Positions 25,162 to 37,250 of a DNA stretch of 64,000 nt are shown piece after piece (the stretch's first letter is position 1; the number at the start of each line of letters is the position of its first letter). A program made the translations under genes and the position numbers. Below the pieces are notes generated by a model that worked only from the letters and a program-made list of their open reading frames with translations, ran no database searches and was not told the origin of the DNA. The stretch spans positions 992,001 to 1,056,000 of the forward strand of contig OZ287085.1 in the NCBI GenBank assembly GCA_965645245.1, given 5' to 3'. The stretch is from Massalongia carnosa. Lineage: Eukaryota.

Positions 25162-25328
25162 AGCGATTAATATAAATCAAAACCAAATCCCATTCTTCTT
25201 AAAACTTAACTGTTTGAGCGTTTGGTGAACAAAGCAGCGTAAGAATACTACTTTTTATTTTGTCCAAAGCTGAAAGCTCAGAACATGAGTGACAGAACGG
25301 TCGAGCTCGCTGACGCACGCGCCTACCC

Positions 25329-25800
25329 CTAGGTTTTGAACTCGCCCGCGGTAGCAGAAAGGCCTAAGCGGTGTGCTCGAACTGTTCCAAATAGCAGGAA
25401 GTCGTCAAACTTTCTCCCTCGAGCATTCGTATCCGCGCCCTTGTCCAGCAACATCTCCGCCACCTTTTCGTGGTCTAGTTCCGCTGCCCATATTAACGCT
25501 GTCCGCCCGTGCTGAGCTTGTGCCTCCAGATCTACCAATTTAGCACCCATGATCATGCTCAGGATAACTTCGTGTCCATTGAACGCTGCAAGCCTGTTGT
25601 CAATCATGACCGGCTGGTCTTTATATCATGATAAAGCCCGCCATAGCGAGTAAAATCATAGTCGAAATTGATTATCTTCTACTCGGCACAGTTCACGAGT
25701 CTTTGATACAACTGCATCTTTCAGCTCGAAAGCTGCATTTCGGAAACGAGCCGCCGAATGTTCAGAACCTGATTTTGCTGTATCTCGAGCCATGTTTGAC
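25329..25800 (-). pseudogene. Remnant of an ankyrin-repeat (NACHT-ANK-like) gene
   Basis: RLAAFNGHEVIL...GRTALIWAAELDHEKVAEMLLDKGADTNARG, preceded by a degenerate F..(W)F...W linker of the kind seen before ANK arrays of fungal NACHT proteins. Confidence 0.6.
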
Positions 25801-26064
25801 TAGTCGGACCAGACACATTTTGCATGATAGGCGGAATTTATGCTGCTTCTCAACAATGCTTAGAGTTATGATTTTCTTGCACATGTTTTGGCAACTTTGA
25901 TGAAAAGCATCGCTCTTGCTCCTAATTGAAATCAGTATTATGAATTCGTCCGTTGTAGCAGTTCAGAATCTACTACATTTTGAGGCTTGATAACCTGACT
26001 CTCGCTTGTGATAGGATTGGCTATGATTTATGTATGTACAAGTGATCAGAACGTGAGATGCTTA

Positions 26065-29000
26065 GGGACAGTCCCCCCCCGACCGTTCCCCCCCCCTGTG
26101 TAAATCTTTACTAGTAAACAGCCATTTTACTACTCATCCAGGGGTGCGTACAAGCTAGCAGTTACACTACGTATTAATGTTGCTGTTACTGACTAAGTGA
26201 ATTCAACACCTACAAATCCGAGAAGACTCGGGACAGTCCCCCCCCACCGTCCCCCTAGCGAAAATCATTCCAAAGTAGGACTAGCTACAAGCCACCTCCC
26301 CATACTAAATAATTAGGTGATAATATTATAGGTATAGGCAGCCAACCCTCTGTATAGATTTATCACTATGATAGGTAGACCGCACTTCTTCTCTCCCTTA
26401 TCTTTTTCTTTGCTATGGCCCTCACATCAACGTCCCTGGATGCACGTTTGCAAAGGGCTATAGCGAGTTTACCGTCGTCTCATCGTCTTCCTCCGAGTGA
26501 GAGTGAAATCTTTATCTCCTGGGAGGAGGGAAAAACCCGCCTTCAGAATTATGCCTTTACTCAAGGCTTTGCATTGGTCACAGAGACTAATGATAAGAAG
26601 AATCATCTCGTTATACTAGATTGCAACCGTCATCACAAATGAGAAAGAAATACTAGAAAGCTAGAGGAGAAGGACCGCGTACGAAAAAACACGAAGGTCT
26701 CGTTCAACGAGTGCAAATATCGACTAAGACTGAAGCAAAATAAAGACCAATCGTGGAGATTAATCATCACCAATCCTGATCACAATCACGAGATGGCTAC
26801 AGACCCCTTCGGTTTCAAAGAGCAGCGTAGCCAAGACCTCGATCGAGCAACTGCCCTAGATCAAGCAAAAAGTCTCTGTGATGCATCAACTAGATACGGT
26901 CAAGCATCTCGCGTTTTGGGAATGACTGGCCTGCGCCTTTCGAAGAAGGACTATTACAACCTGGCTCGATCCCAGGGCAAACATACACCTGAAGAAGAGT
27001 TGACCTATGCACTTGGATTTCTAGAAGAAGAAGGGTTTCATGTACGGACTTTGGAGAAATATCTCGTTGAAAACAATACTCCCCGAAGACGTGTTGTTGA
27101 ACATTTCTTTTTCTGTAACGCTGAACAGATCCGATTTACTAGACGATTGGTCAGTGGATTTTTGATAGAAACGGATGCTACGTTCAATACAAATCAGTTG
27201 AACTTACCTCTATCGGTGTTGATTGGCATCACCAACACAAATCCGACTTTCCCCGCGGCCTATTGTTATATAACTTCCGAATCGGCTGAGTGCTTTACGT
27301 TTCTATTTGATTGTATGAAAGATCTCTTTTTTCATGATACATGTCCTGGTCCTAGGGTCATCCTCGGAGACTTCGCCGCTGGATTGACTGCAGCGATGCA
27401 TAAAAAACGGGCTAAGGAAATAAACCCGGATCCAGCAATGACCGTTGCATGGCAAGTCGCCCAATCAATACACGAAACCGACCCTGATTGTGTGTTGCAA
27501 TTATGCACGTGGCACGCAGCGGAGGCAATCAAATAACGCCTGATCAGGGCGTGTTCATATCCTTTAGAAGTACGGAAAGAGCTGCATGAATTGATATGGG
27601 AGTGGATCAAAACTCCTACCGTTGAACAGCTGGATGAGAAGAGAAACGCGTTGATATTGAAGCTTCATGCTTCAGAAAAGGTATGAAGCCATGAAAAAAC
27701 GTTAATAAGGGCTAACTCACTCCTATTTCCAGGAGTATTTTACTAGCTATTATCAACGTCAGGAGTATAATTTTATTTCCACATACACCAGAAAGTTCCC
27801 TAATTTAGGTGCACATAGCACACAAAGGGTGGAGGGTTTGCATCCGTTGGTAAAGAATGTGACAAATAGGCATACACCTATTAAGGACTCGGTGCGGAAA
27901 ATATGCGAAACAGTGCAAAGAGTTCAGGTTGACTACGAAATATCAACCAATCATCAACGAATCAACAACCCCCGGCTAATGGATAGAAGTGCGTTCAAAG
28001 ACCTTATAGGTTTAATAACTCATCATGCTATTGACCTCAAGAGAGTTGGATGCAGCTAAACTTTTAGCCGAAGATTTCAATCAACAAGTTTCTTTTGGAG
28101 TTGAAGGGACTGCATTAATCGAACCAACCGGTGAGGATTGTATGTATGATTGTGATTTGCCTCCACGATACGGTTTTCCGTGCAGATGCTGGTTGTATCG
28201 TTGCGTCATTGATGTTATCCCCATACCTATCTCCCTCATTCATCCCCGCTGGTTTTTCGATGGCCCGCCTTTTGTGGTCTCGTAGAGCATGGTTTTCGAC
28301 CCACCATAAATTTCGCTGAGATGTTTCGGAGAGCAGCTCACAGGAAGACCACAGAAGAGCAGGATGAAGAGGCGGATGAGGGGGGGAATTCTCAACAAAG
28401 ACAAGAATCTGAGCCGGAAGAGGAGATCGAGAAGGCAGTTGACAATAATATTAGTGATAGATTTCGTCGCGGTGTTGATTTGCTGCATGCAGCCGCACAT
28501 CAATCTATTGATTTTCATAAATCAATAGAAAATATGCGTAGAAGGGAGGGATACGCTCGTGAATTCGCCAAATTCACTGCTATTTTCAATAAAAAATGGC
28601 AGGATAAGGAGCTAGCGAGGCCACTTATCCCTACAACATTCCCCGACGAAATCCGACCGAAGGACAACCTCATGTATAAAAAGAGTGGGAGTCGCCGGTG
28701 GGCTTACACTGGCCGTGAGGCAGCTGAGGCAGATGAAGCTAAGCAGCGACGTGCTAAACGTAAGGACTCGATTGAAGAAGGGAGGAGAAGAAGGCATGAG
28801 GATGAATTGCGGGCAGGCGGTGAAGACAAGGGTATGATTTATGATAAAAAACCCACGATATCAGCAAATCGATCGATGTAGCGCGGCTAATATTCGGTAT
28901 AGATTCCGGACATGCTATCATCGTATCTGACGACGATGACCTGCAATATATAGCAACTCAGCCTACCCCCGAGCCTCCACTCTCTCTGAATGAGAATGAT

Positions 29001-29600
29001 GATTTTATCCCTCCATCCCCGGCATCTTCTTCCGATTCATTTGAAGATATTGATGAAGTGCTGGCGAAACATAGCCAAAAAAGGCTATTTCCCAAACGGT
29101 TCCCTCTCCAAAAGCTCCTTCCCTTTATAGCCTCAGTCAAAAAAACATCCACGCTAGCCAGCTACCATCCACATCGTCTGCAACAACAACACGAGGGTCA
29201 CGGGGTGTGGTAGCCAAAAAATCGAAGGCTCAGTTGGAGTTGGAGTCTCAGCAGAGGGCCGACTAAGCGGCCAAAGAAGCAAGGGCTGAGGAGAGGAAAA
29301 CGCAGCTGTAAGAAAGGTTGCTAAGACTATGAAGCCTAGAAAGGATAATGTTTCGCAATTGAGTGATGTATTTTCGGAATTGAGATCATCGCAATGAGTG
29401 GTAGGAGTAGTAGTAATAGTAGTAGTATGAATAGATGAGGATTTTTCAGAATGCGGGGCTAAGCTAAATTAGCTAGAGGAAGCTTACGGAGAGACGGTGG
29501 ACGTGCATATATTTAGTATGGGGAGGTGGCTTGTAGCTAGTCCTAATTTGTAATGATTTTCGCTAGGGGACGGTGGGGGACTGTCCCAAGTCTTCTCGGA
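26065..29600 (+). mobile_element. Mutator-like (MULE) DNA transposon, defective
   Basis: Transposase pieces LIETDATFNTN, VILGDFAAGL, QLCTWHAAEAIK and a SWIM-like CDLPPRYGFPCRC. Inverted repeats 26217-26310 and 29510-29600, plus an extra GGGACAGTCCCC at 26065. Stops and frameshifts present; no TSD found. Confidence 0.85.
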
Positions 29601-29948
29601 AGATCTGGCACTCTTTTATCTTCTTTACTTCAGAGACTGATCACAGGCATCAGAAGAAGACGAGGGAAGGAAGACATTCGCGCGCGTCTTCCTATCACAA
29701 AGAATTCTATGACCCTTATCGGTGCCGTTACCTTCGCTTGCGCTGGGGGGGGCTTTTAATTGGATGAATTGATTTGAATGCTTGAATTTGATTGGGCATG
29801 GGAACGACACAGGTCAGCCCGGGCAGGCCTAGGCACGTGACTCGGGGTCGGTGCTGAGGTGAGAACCTCATCTTCTAGGCCCGAGGCGTCTGCTGACGCT
29901 CAACGATCCGATAGATGATGCCCGACGGCAGTGCCCGACGGCGATGAT

Positions 29949-31112
29949 CTAGATGGAGGTGCCCGGCGGCGCTCCGGATCGATGCCCTGGTTGACCTGTA
30001 CGCCCAATGGAATGCCCAATTGAGTAGGGGTAGGAGTTTGTAGGATGCGTCTCGGCGACGACAGCACGTGGGACTGCCAGAGGGATGCCTTTTTGAAAAC
30101 TGAGGTTCAAATTGAATAGTGAGGCCTGGGACGTCTGAAAGTATAGCTGAAACGCGTTTGATGACCATCTTCCGAGTCTCTGAATACTCTCATCCAGCAT
30201 CCCGTGGTCGGTGGCGTGTTGTGCTGCTCCTTTTCTGAAGCTGTGTCCCGAGTATGCCGAGTCGTTGATGCCGGCTGCTATCAGTCTCTTTTTCAGGGAT
30301 GCTATGACGGAGGCTCTGGTGAATGCGGTGCCGAGACGAAAAAGCGGGGATGTAGATGGCTGAGGATCATTTCTGAAAAGACGCCGTAGTGCTGTCACGG
30401 GGCAAGTGCTCTCATTGGTCGCTGCCAGCACTATCTGAACTCCTGAGTGATTTGTGTCTGTTTTGCTTCTTTTGAGACGTAATGTCGCGTATTGATCGTT
30501 CTCGGCGAATGAGATGTCACCTCGTGTAGGTTTCAATCTCTGAAAAGATGTCTTCTTACGATCGGCGACAGTGTAGGTGATTTCCCCGAGTCTGAGGAAC
30601 CCTGCCCATGCAACTTTGAATGTCGCGTCGATGTTGAGGTCTTCGGCCGAATGAGCGGGAATACTGGTGATTTTTGTCAGTAATTCTTTTGAAATGGGTA
30701 GGCGTCTTCTTTTTGTCTGAGAAAAGATCCTTTTTCCCCCTTTCAGCATCAATTGAAGTCTCGGCCCCTCGAATGGGGTGAGGCCGTATCCTCGGTCTAC
30801 ATGGTATGATCTGAGGCCGGCGAGGTAGCTCGCTGCCGTCTCTGGTTTTATCTTTCCCTGCTTGGGTGTGCCGCCCCCGTATAGTCGACCGGCTAGCCAT
30901 TCCTCGAGGGACTCGGTTGTTGCAGGCCACGACGTGCGTCCTGTCGTCGCGCAGAATGCCTCGTATGAGTCGATCGCCGTCCCGTACCCTTTTCTCGTGT
31001 CCGCCGAGTGTCCGTGCCAGACGAGGCGTTTTACCAGGGCTGACCCTGGTGTGGAGGATAGGTAGGTGGAGGGAGGTTCATCGAATTGTATGGGTTCTGC
31101 CAATGAGGGCAA
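29949..31112 (-). CDS. Tyrosine recombinase of YR-1
   Basis: FLRLGE, KRSKTD, GHSFRKGAA and LGRWSSNAFQLY catalytic residues in an open 387-aa ORF. Confidence 0.85.
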   Translation of the reverse strand: MPSLAEPIQFDEPPSTYLSSTPGSALVKRLVWHGHSADTRKGYGTAIDSYEAFCATTGRTSWPATTESLEEWLAGRLYGGGTPKQGKIKPETAASYLAGLRSYHVDRGYGLTPFEGPRLQLMLKGGKRIFSQTKRRRLPISKELLTKITSIPAHSAEDLNIDATFKVAWAGFLRLGEITYTVADRKKTSFQRLKPTRGDISFAENDQYATLRLKRSKTDTNHSGVQIVLAATNESTCPVTALRRLFRNDPQPSTSPLFRLGTAFTRASVIASLKKRLIAAGINDSAYSGHSFRKGAAQHATDHGMLDESIQRLGRWSSNAFQLYFQTSQASLFNLNLSFQKGIPLAVPRAVVAETHPTNSYPYSIGHSIGRTGQPGHRSGAPPGTSI

Positions 31113-32535
31113 AAGTTAGCCAATCTTTCATCATCAAAACGTGACAGGGCATCTGCTAGTCCATTGGAAGTGCCACTGATCCATTGACAACGTAGTACGA
31201 TGTCCCACTTTGCAGCTATGGACAGTATTTCTCGTAGAGGCGCGTTGGCCGGTCCCTTGAGGGTTAGATTCGTGAATCCTGTGTATGCTGTGTTGCTGTC
31301 GGTAAAGACAAGGATCTGTCGATGTCGCCATGTCGGCGCCCATTTCTGAAGGATTAGAAGGATAGCCTCGACTTCTCGGACGTTTATGCTCGGTGATTCT
31401 TCCTGATTGAGGACTAGGACTCGGGCCCTACATGCGTTTTTTTGATTCACGAGCTAGTTGTCTTGTTGAAAATAGCCTCCGAGACCCGTGAGGCATGCAT
31501 CCGTATGCACCTTGATCGTGTCTCGTGTTGACGTCTCGAAGAAGACAATACCGTTGAAGTCCACTAAAAGTTTGTTCCACCAGATGAGATCCTGTCTGAC
31601 CCATGTGGGAATTCTTCTTTTGACCCGACGATGACTGCCCGAGGGAAATGAGGCTATAAAATTCCAGAATAATCGTAAGAAGACTCGGCCCAATTTGACT
31701 GCCTGTGCGCAGAAGCTTAGGAAGCCCGCTATTGACTGCATGTCGCCTCGGCTGATTGTCGTCTCGTTTAGTGCCTTTGTAGAAAGGATTCCAAAATCCA
31801 ATGAAAGCCTTCCGCAAAAAGATTGAAGATGAACGGGGCCGTCGACAGTCCGAACGAAAGGCATGTCTCGGTGTAGAATTCGTCATTCCATCCGAAACCC
31901 AGAAGCCATTGATGATGAGGTGCGACGGGAACGTTTCGAAAGGCGTCTTTGACGTCTCTTTTCACTATGACAGCACCTTTGCCCTCTGACAGAATCAATT
32001 GAATAATGTCGTCGAGTCTGGCGTATTGTAATTTGGATGCCTCTTCTGGAATTTTGTCGTTGACTGATGTTTGATTGGGATGAGACAGAGGATGAATGCG
32101 TCGCCATCCTCCGTCATGTTTCGGGACCAAGCCGAGGGGGGAGGCCACAAATGGCTGACTCGGGGCGGCTATTCGTCTGACTCGGCCCTTCCTGAGGTCC
32201 TCTTGAAGCTTATTCTCGATCGTTTCCGGGTCCTCATTCGCTGATGTCAGATTTTTTTCGATCCGAAGGATGTCTGTGGGGCCTTAGTAACCGATTTGTA
32301 CTCCGAAACGAAGGATCATGGGCAGATGGACTCGGAGGGGGCCCGGATACTCTTGAAGTAGGGTTGCCCATGCGGACGGTACGAGGGGAGATGGGCTGTC
32401 TTTCAAACGCTGACGAGATGCGTCTACGAGTTGAAACGAAGGGATTGTATTTGGTCTGATTGGTGCAGGTAAGCAGGGATGGGACGTCATGAATTCAGCT
32501 ATTGAAGCTATTCTACTGCCTCCTGCACCAACCCC

Positions 32536-33573
32536 CTATTTCTTCGTTGGGCATGTCTTCTGGCCATGCCCAGCCGCGCCGCACGATTTGCATTTGTGCT
32601 GTCGGTAGCACGACGGCCAGGTGCAGGTGCCGCTGTTGTACTTGTCGCAGATTTCCCCCGCTGCCTTCTCGGCCCTCTCGGCCCTGTCTCCTCTCGGGGT
32701 CGGTCGTCGGGACGGCGGGGATCGTGAGCGGCGACGGCGTAGGACTGTGAGGGGGGTGCAGAATCGAGCTTGGAATTCGTCGGGCATTTTCCATTGGGAT
32801 GCGTCGGATGGCTGAGACGCGATGATGTGGGTGTGGGTTTCGATGGCGAGGGGGAGGACTGCTTCCTGCCACTCGTACACCTTGGCCAGCGTGAGGATTT
32901 TTCCGTGGAATGCCGACATGGTGGCGTGAAGCTGTTGACTCGATTTCCCGAAAAGACTGACCATGATCGAGGTGTAGTTGATGAAGCTCTCGGTCCAGAC
33001 GTCATGAACTGTCTTTCCGAAATCTTTGTAGGTCCCGGATGCCTTTCTCAACCTCAAGGCGCCGTCTTCGATGCCGATGCGGTCTTGATCCTTGTATGAC
33101 TCGTATTGCATGCCGTGCATGTGTCGGAGGCGGGAGAGGTTGATGGCTTTGAATTTATTTGAAAAGATCTTGATGATCTCGTCCTGTGGTAGGCCCGCGA
33201 AACGGGGTGCTATGCTTCTTACTTCGAGAGGGATCTCACCTAGGTCCTCGTCGTCATCGCCGACGACCCGACTCGGCTTGCCAGCAGGAATGACGGCCGC
33301 TATTCGGGCGTCAGATTCTCGGCGCATGCAGTCGATTTCTAGCTGCATTTTTTCCACCTCCTTCTCGGCGACCAATGCCTTGAACTCTGCAATTCTAGCC
33401 TCAGCCTCGGCCGCCTTCGCTTCCGCCTCGGCTTTCTTCTTTTGTAGGGCGAAGATTTGATTGGATTGGGACTGCGTCAATCCGACAATCTCCTGGGGGT
33501 CGGGGACTATGTCGTCCATCAAGGTGCTTTGGGAACGGGTGTTCGTCATTGGGAGGTAGGGGCACCGAGACAA
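32536..33573 (-). CDS. Gag-like ORF1 of YR-1
   Basis: Coiled-coil region and C-terminal CDKYNSGTCTWPSCYRQHKCKSCGAAGHGQKTC. The true start is probably a downstream ATG. Confidence 0.7.
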   Translation of the reverse strand: MSRCPYLPMTNTRSQSTLMDDIVPDPQEIVGLTQSQSNQIFALQKKKAEAEAKAAEAEARIAEFKALVAEKEVEKMQLEIDCMRRESDARIAAVIPAGKPSRVVGDDDEDLGEIPLEVRSIAPRFAGLPQDEIIKIFSNKFKAINLSRLRHMHGMQYESYKDQDRIGIEDGALRLRKASGTYKDFGKTVHDVWTESFINYTSIMVSLFGKSSQQLHATMSAFHGKILTLAKVYEWQEAVLPLAIETHTHIIASQPSDASQWKMPDEFQARFCTPLTVLRRRRSRSPPSRRPTPRGDRAERAEKAAGEICDKYNSGTCTWPSCYRQHKCKSCGAAGHGQKTCPTKK

Positions 33574-34089
33574 CGTGAGGTCGACGACGAGTCAGTGAGA
33601 TTGGAAAAGCAGCAAGCACTGACAGCGAGGTAGGGGCACCGAGACAACGTGGGGTCGACGACGAGTCAGTGAGATGGATGAGGCCGAGTGAGAAGAAGTG
33701 AACGAGGAAAGAATTTTCAGAGGGTGATTCTTAATTTACTTTGACTCAGGAGCCTCACGTGACATAGAACCATCTCATTTATTTTGTCACCCGCGTGATC
33801 ATCTACGGAAACCGTAGATGCCGCATTAGGCTTAGTCCCAAGATAAGATAAGATCACCTCGCTTAGAAGGGTGACCAGTAATAGGAAAAGATTGCTGCAT
33901 AGCAACTCTTCATCCTTAACATCACGGTCATACATACCTTTATTATTACATAGCCATATAGCCATAGTCATATACCTATTTCAACAGGTTATGAGCCCGG
34001 AATGGTGCTAGCGATTTAAAACGAATCGAAGCTTTTAATCCGCAGCATCGCAGTGCAATCAGCTAAGCATCGTTCCTATTCAAGGAATA

Positions 34090-36906
34090 ATCGTCGGGTC
34101 GCTTAGCTCCGTGGATCCGACTAAAATGCAAAAGCATTTTAGTCGGGGAAAGCGGTGCATCCAGCCAAAATCATCAAATTTTCATCTTTTTCACCTTTTA
34201 CCCTCAATCATCTGGGTTAATCATTAGCTAACGTCATACAAAGCTTGAAAAACAGTGTCATCATCATAACCATCAGCAAAATCATCCCCTCGACCCCCCT
34301 GATCCCTTGGATCCCCCCGATTCTTCCGGTTCCCCCCATACCCCGCATTCTCCTCATCCTCTTATCCATGACAGATACGAAATCACTTTGCATCTCGATG
34401 GAGCCCCCGAAATCTCTCTGCACCCATGATTCTTTCATCTACTACAATCGCGGTTTCTTCCTCATCGATCGTAGCATTGACACGTGGATTTTTTCTGGCT
34501 TCTTTCTTCGCTTCCTCAGCTATCCACACCTCATTCGTCGCTTTCCATAAGGCTTCGGAGTCAGAAATTGCTTCATAAAACTCAATTGGTATGGGATTGA
34601 GGGTTTTGGTCATTTCTTTTAATCGTTTGACTCGATCCCTTTCTGCTTTTCGAGCAGCCATTCCCTTGACGTGAATTTCGTCTCTTTCCATTCTCCATAT
34701 CTTCATAAACTTATTGTCCACTCGTTTCTTTTCAGCCTTTTTTTCGTGTTGTAGCTTCATGGTTAAGGCATGCTCCGCATCTTCCTTAGTCAGTCCCAAT
34801 TTTCCTGATTCAGGTCTCAGTCGTTTGCGAGAAAATTTTCTACTGTTTAACTGTTGCATTCGTGTCTGTAGCCACATTTTCAGCTCCGTTTCCTCGAGAA
34901 TCGAGTTTGAAATAACTTCTTTTGCATTGATAACGAATGAGTCAAATTCCTCAGCCCGAATGGGGTCACTCCATTGCATAGATTCCTGAATTTTTGGTCC
35001 ACATTGATGATCCAATCCATATTCTATGTCGGCTATTTCCCTTGGTTGGATTTGACGAGGTATGATGGGTAATGGGAGCTGATTATCATTATTCGTCTCG
35101 GTCAGAATCTCAGTCAGATTGTTTGGATTGTTGGGATTGAATGTTTTCAGCTGTTGAATGCATGCTTTTGGATTAACAGGCCACATGCCCGACTTTTCAA
35201 AGGCATGTCGAATAGTGGATAGTTTGAAGGTATTTTTCCTGATTTTGACCAAATCCTTCAGGAATTGCGTCAGGGAATACTCAATAAATGACTCCGATAT
35301 AGTCTCTTGAGTAGCCACATTATGCCAATGCTTATAGGGTTGAAATACACCGACATCTAATGGCTGCATACAGTGGGTTAAATGCGGAATTAGTGGATAA
35401 GGACGAATGTAAATTTTCATTGGCCAAAGCAACAAATTCAGGAGTAATATGACTGCCGTGATTATCCATAAGCAACAATTTCCAGTCCGCATTCGGTCCT
35501 GCATCTGAATTCTTCATAAGATGCTTCAGATATTCAACTGCTATCTTATCAGATGTAAATCCACTGTCCGAAGGCACGATATGCGTGCCCTGTGGCAGAT
35601 CATCCGAAAACCATATGGCCATGATGTCATGACCTTGTATGATGACCATTAGAGGGGGGAGATAGTCGCCGGCAGCATTGATTGTCTCGATAATCGTCGC
35701 CGATCTACGGTTTTCCGGGCTGACCGCGTAGAATTGTTTAATTTCCATGGGAACAAGAATTTCCTGTCCCCTCATGCACCCAATGCGGAAGCCAGCTTCA
35801 TCAAAATTCAGAATATTTCGTCTTTTTCGAATATTCAGTGTTTTCAATGCACGCCTATAATCAGCAAACCATCTGGTCACATCCGATTCCTGAGCGGCTT
35901 CGAATCGGATCATGGACAATGGTTTTGTCTTGATTTTATGCAAATTGCTACGCTGTCACGGTGCGAGGGCGTGTAGTAATTCAGGTGGTGCAAACGTGAG
36001 ACTTGATTGTCTAGCTAAATGGACAAGACGTTCGACAAAGAGAAAAGAAACAGTAGAACGAAAAGACATGCCTATTACTCCTGATAACTAAGCTAGTCCA
36101 CCTTCGGACGTTGTCTGCTCTGATTACCATGTTGACTTCGTCATGCTTTCGGCATGCACTTCCGCAATGCCATTACCTCATAACTGTTCTTCGCACCTCC
36201 GGAAGACTAGTTCTTCCCGTTCCGACGTGGCATGTGCTTTGACACCCCGTGACATACGCTTCCACTAACCCCAAAACCATCGTCTTGACGGCCCTACATC
36301 GAGTGGATTATGAGCTTTTTTCAAGCTTACAATGGCATTAAAAACGATTTAATGCGTTGGTGGAATTCCATGCACCAACAAAGATTGAATAAAACAATTG
36401 ATAGCCTTTGTTTCATGATCTCTCAATATCTGATTTTGTCCTCCATTTTTCACTCCCGAACAATGACGAATGGAAGAAGTCAACGTTTTAACATTGACGT
36501 TGAAAAGTCTAGATGCAGTCACCTTGGTTTCTTTGGGATTTGTCTTCAGAAATTGCTTCGCTTCCTCCATGGGATTGAGAATGGGGGCGTTACTATCCAT
36601 GGAGTGGGTTAAGAATGATGGATAAAAAGGATGATTGAGGACGTATAGAAAAGCTGAATATGCGACAATCCAATGAAATAACTAGTTATTTTAGGAATAA
36701 ATGCTGGGAAGGCTATACTTATCAATATGAGGTGATTAAATCGTCAATAATCAAGGTAGTTATTCAGATGATTGAGGGTAAAAGGTGAAAAAGATGAAAA
36801 TTTGATGATTTTGGTTGGATGCACCGCTTTCCGGGATGCACCGCTTTCCCCGACTAAAATGCGAAAGCATTTTAGTCGGATCCACGGAGCTGAGCGAGCC
36901 GACGAT
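34090..36906 (-). mobile_element. pogo/Fot1 (Tc1-mariner) DNA transposon, disrupted
   Basis: DDE motifs NFDEAGF, LLMDNHGSH and MQPLDVGVF, with an HTH N-terminus at 36349-36600. TIRs of about 125 bp with TA flanks at 34088-89 and 36907-08. Confidence 0.9.
35954..36254. repeat. Solo LTR inserted in the pogo transposase
   Basis: TGTCACGG...CCGTGACA with 5-bp TSD TACGC. Confidence 0.88.
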
Positions 36907-37062
36907 TAGTAGACACATGACTAAAATCTTTCTGTGTCTTTAGAAACGATCCCTCAAATCACATCAATCAGTTCTCTGTTCTGTACACAGCGATTTATTG
37001 TCAGAAGCACAAAAATTGCGTGTTAGAAAGAGCATGAACACATTGATCGTACTACACTGAAG

Positions 37063-37250
37063 CCCTCGGACACGAAAGAGCTTGCTAAGCTCGATGGTCG
37101 AAGGCACCCAAGTCCTCGGACACCAAAGAGCTTGCTAAGCTCGATGGTCGAAGGCAATCAAGTCCTCGGACACCAAAGAGCTTGCTAAGCTCGATGGTCG
37201 AAGGCACCCAAGTCCTCGGACACCAAAAGAGCTCGCTAAGCTCGATGGTC
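37063..37250 (+). repeat. About 50-bp tandem repeats (about 4 copies) in the Copia-B leader
   Basis: AGTCCTCGGACACCAAAGAGCTTGCTAAGCTCGATGGTCGAAGGC recurs at 37111, 37161 and 37211. Confidence 0.9.

Larger units (their letters stand above)
29949..33700 (-). mobile_element. Tyrosine-recombinase (DIRS/Ngaro-like) retrotransposon YR-1, RT defective
   Basis: Order is gag with CCCH/CCHC finger, RT (ASPLGLVPK...LSFGLSTAPFIF), RNase H (HTDACL, FTDS), then recombinase. The RT has lost the YLDD region by deletion near 31770. Terminal repeats were not identified. Confidence 0.85.

Noticed and set aside
29949..31112. Tyrosine recombinase as a Starship captain or phage integrase
   Set aside because: It overlaps RT/RNase H and gag in DIRS/Ngaro order, so it is a retroelement recombinase.
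37063..37250. Regular repeats resembling a CRISPR array
   Set aside because: The units are contiguous with no unique spacers, lie in a Copia leader, and the context is eukaryotic with no cas genes.
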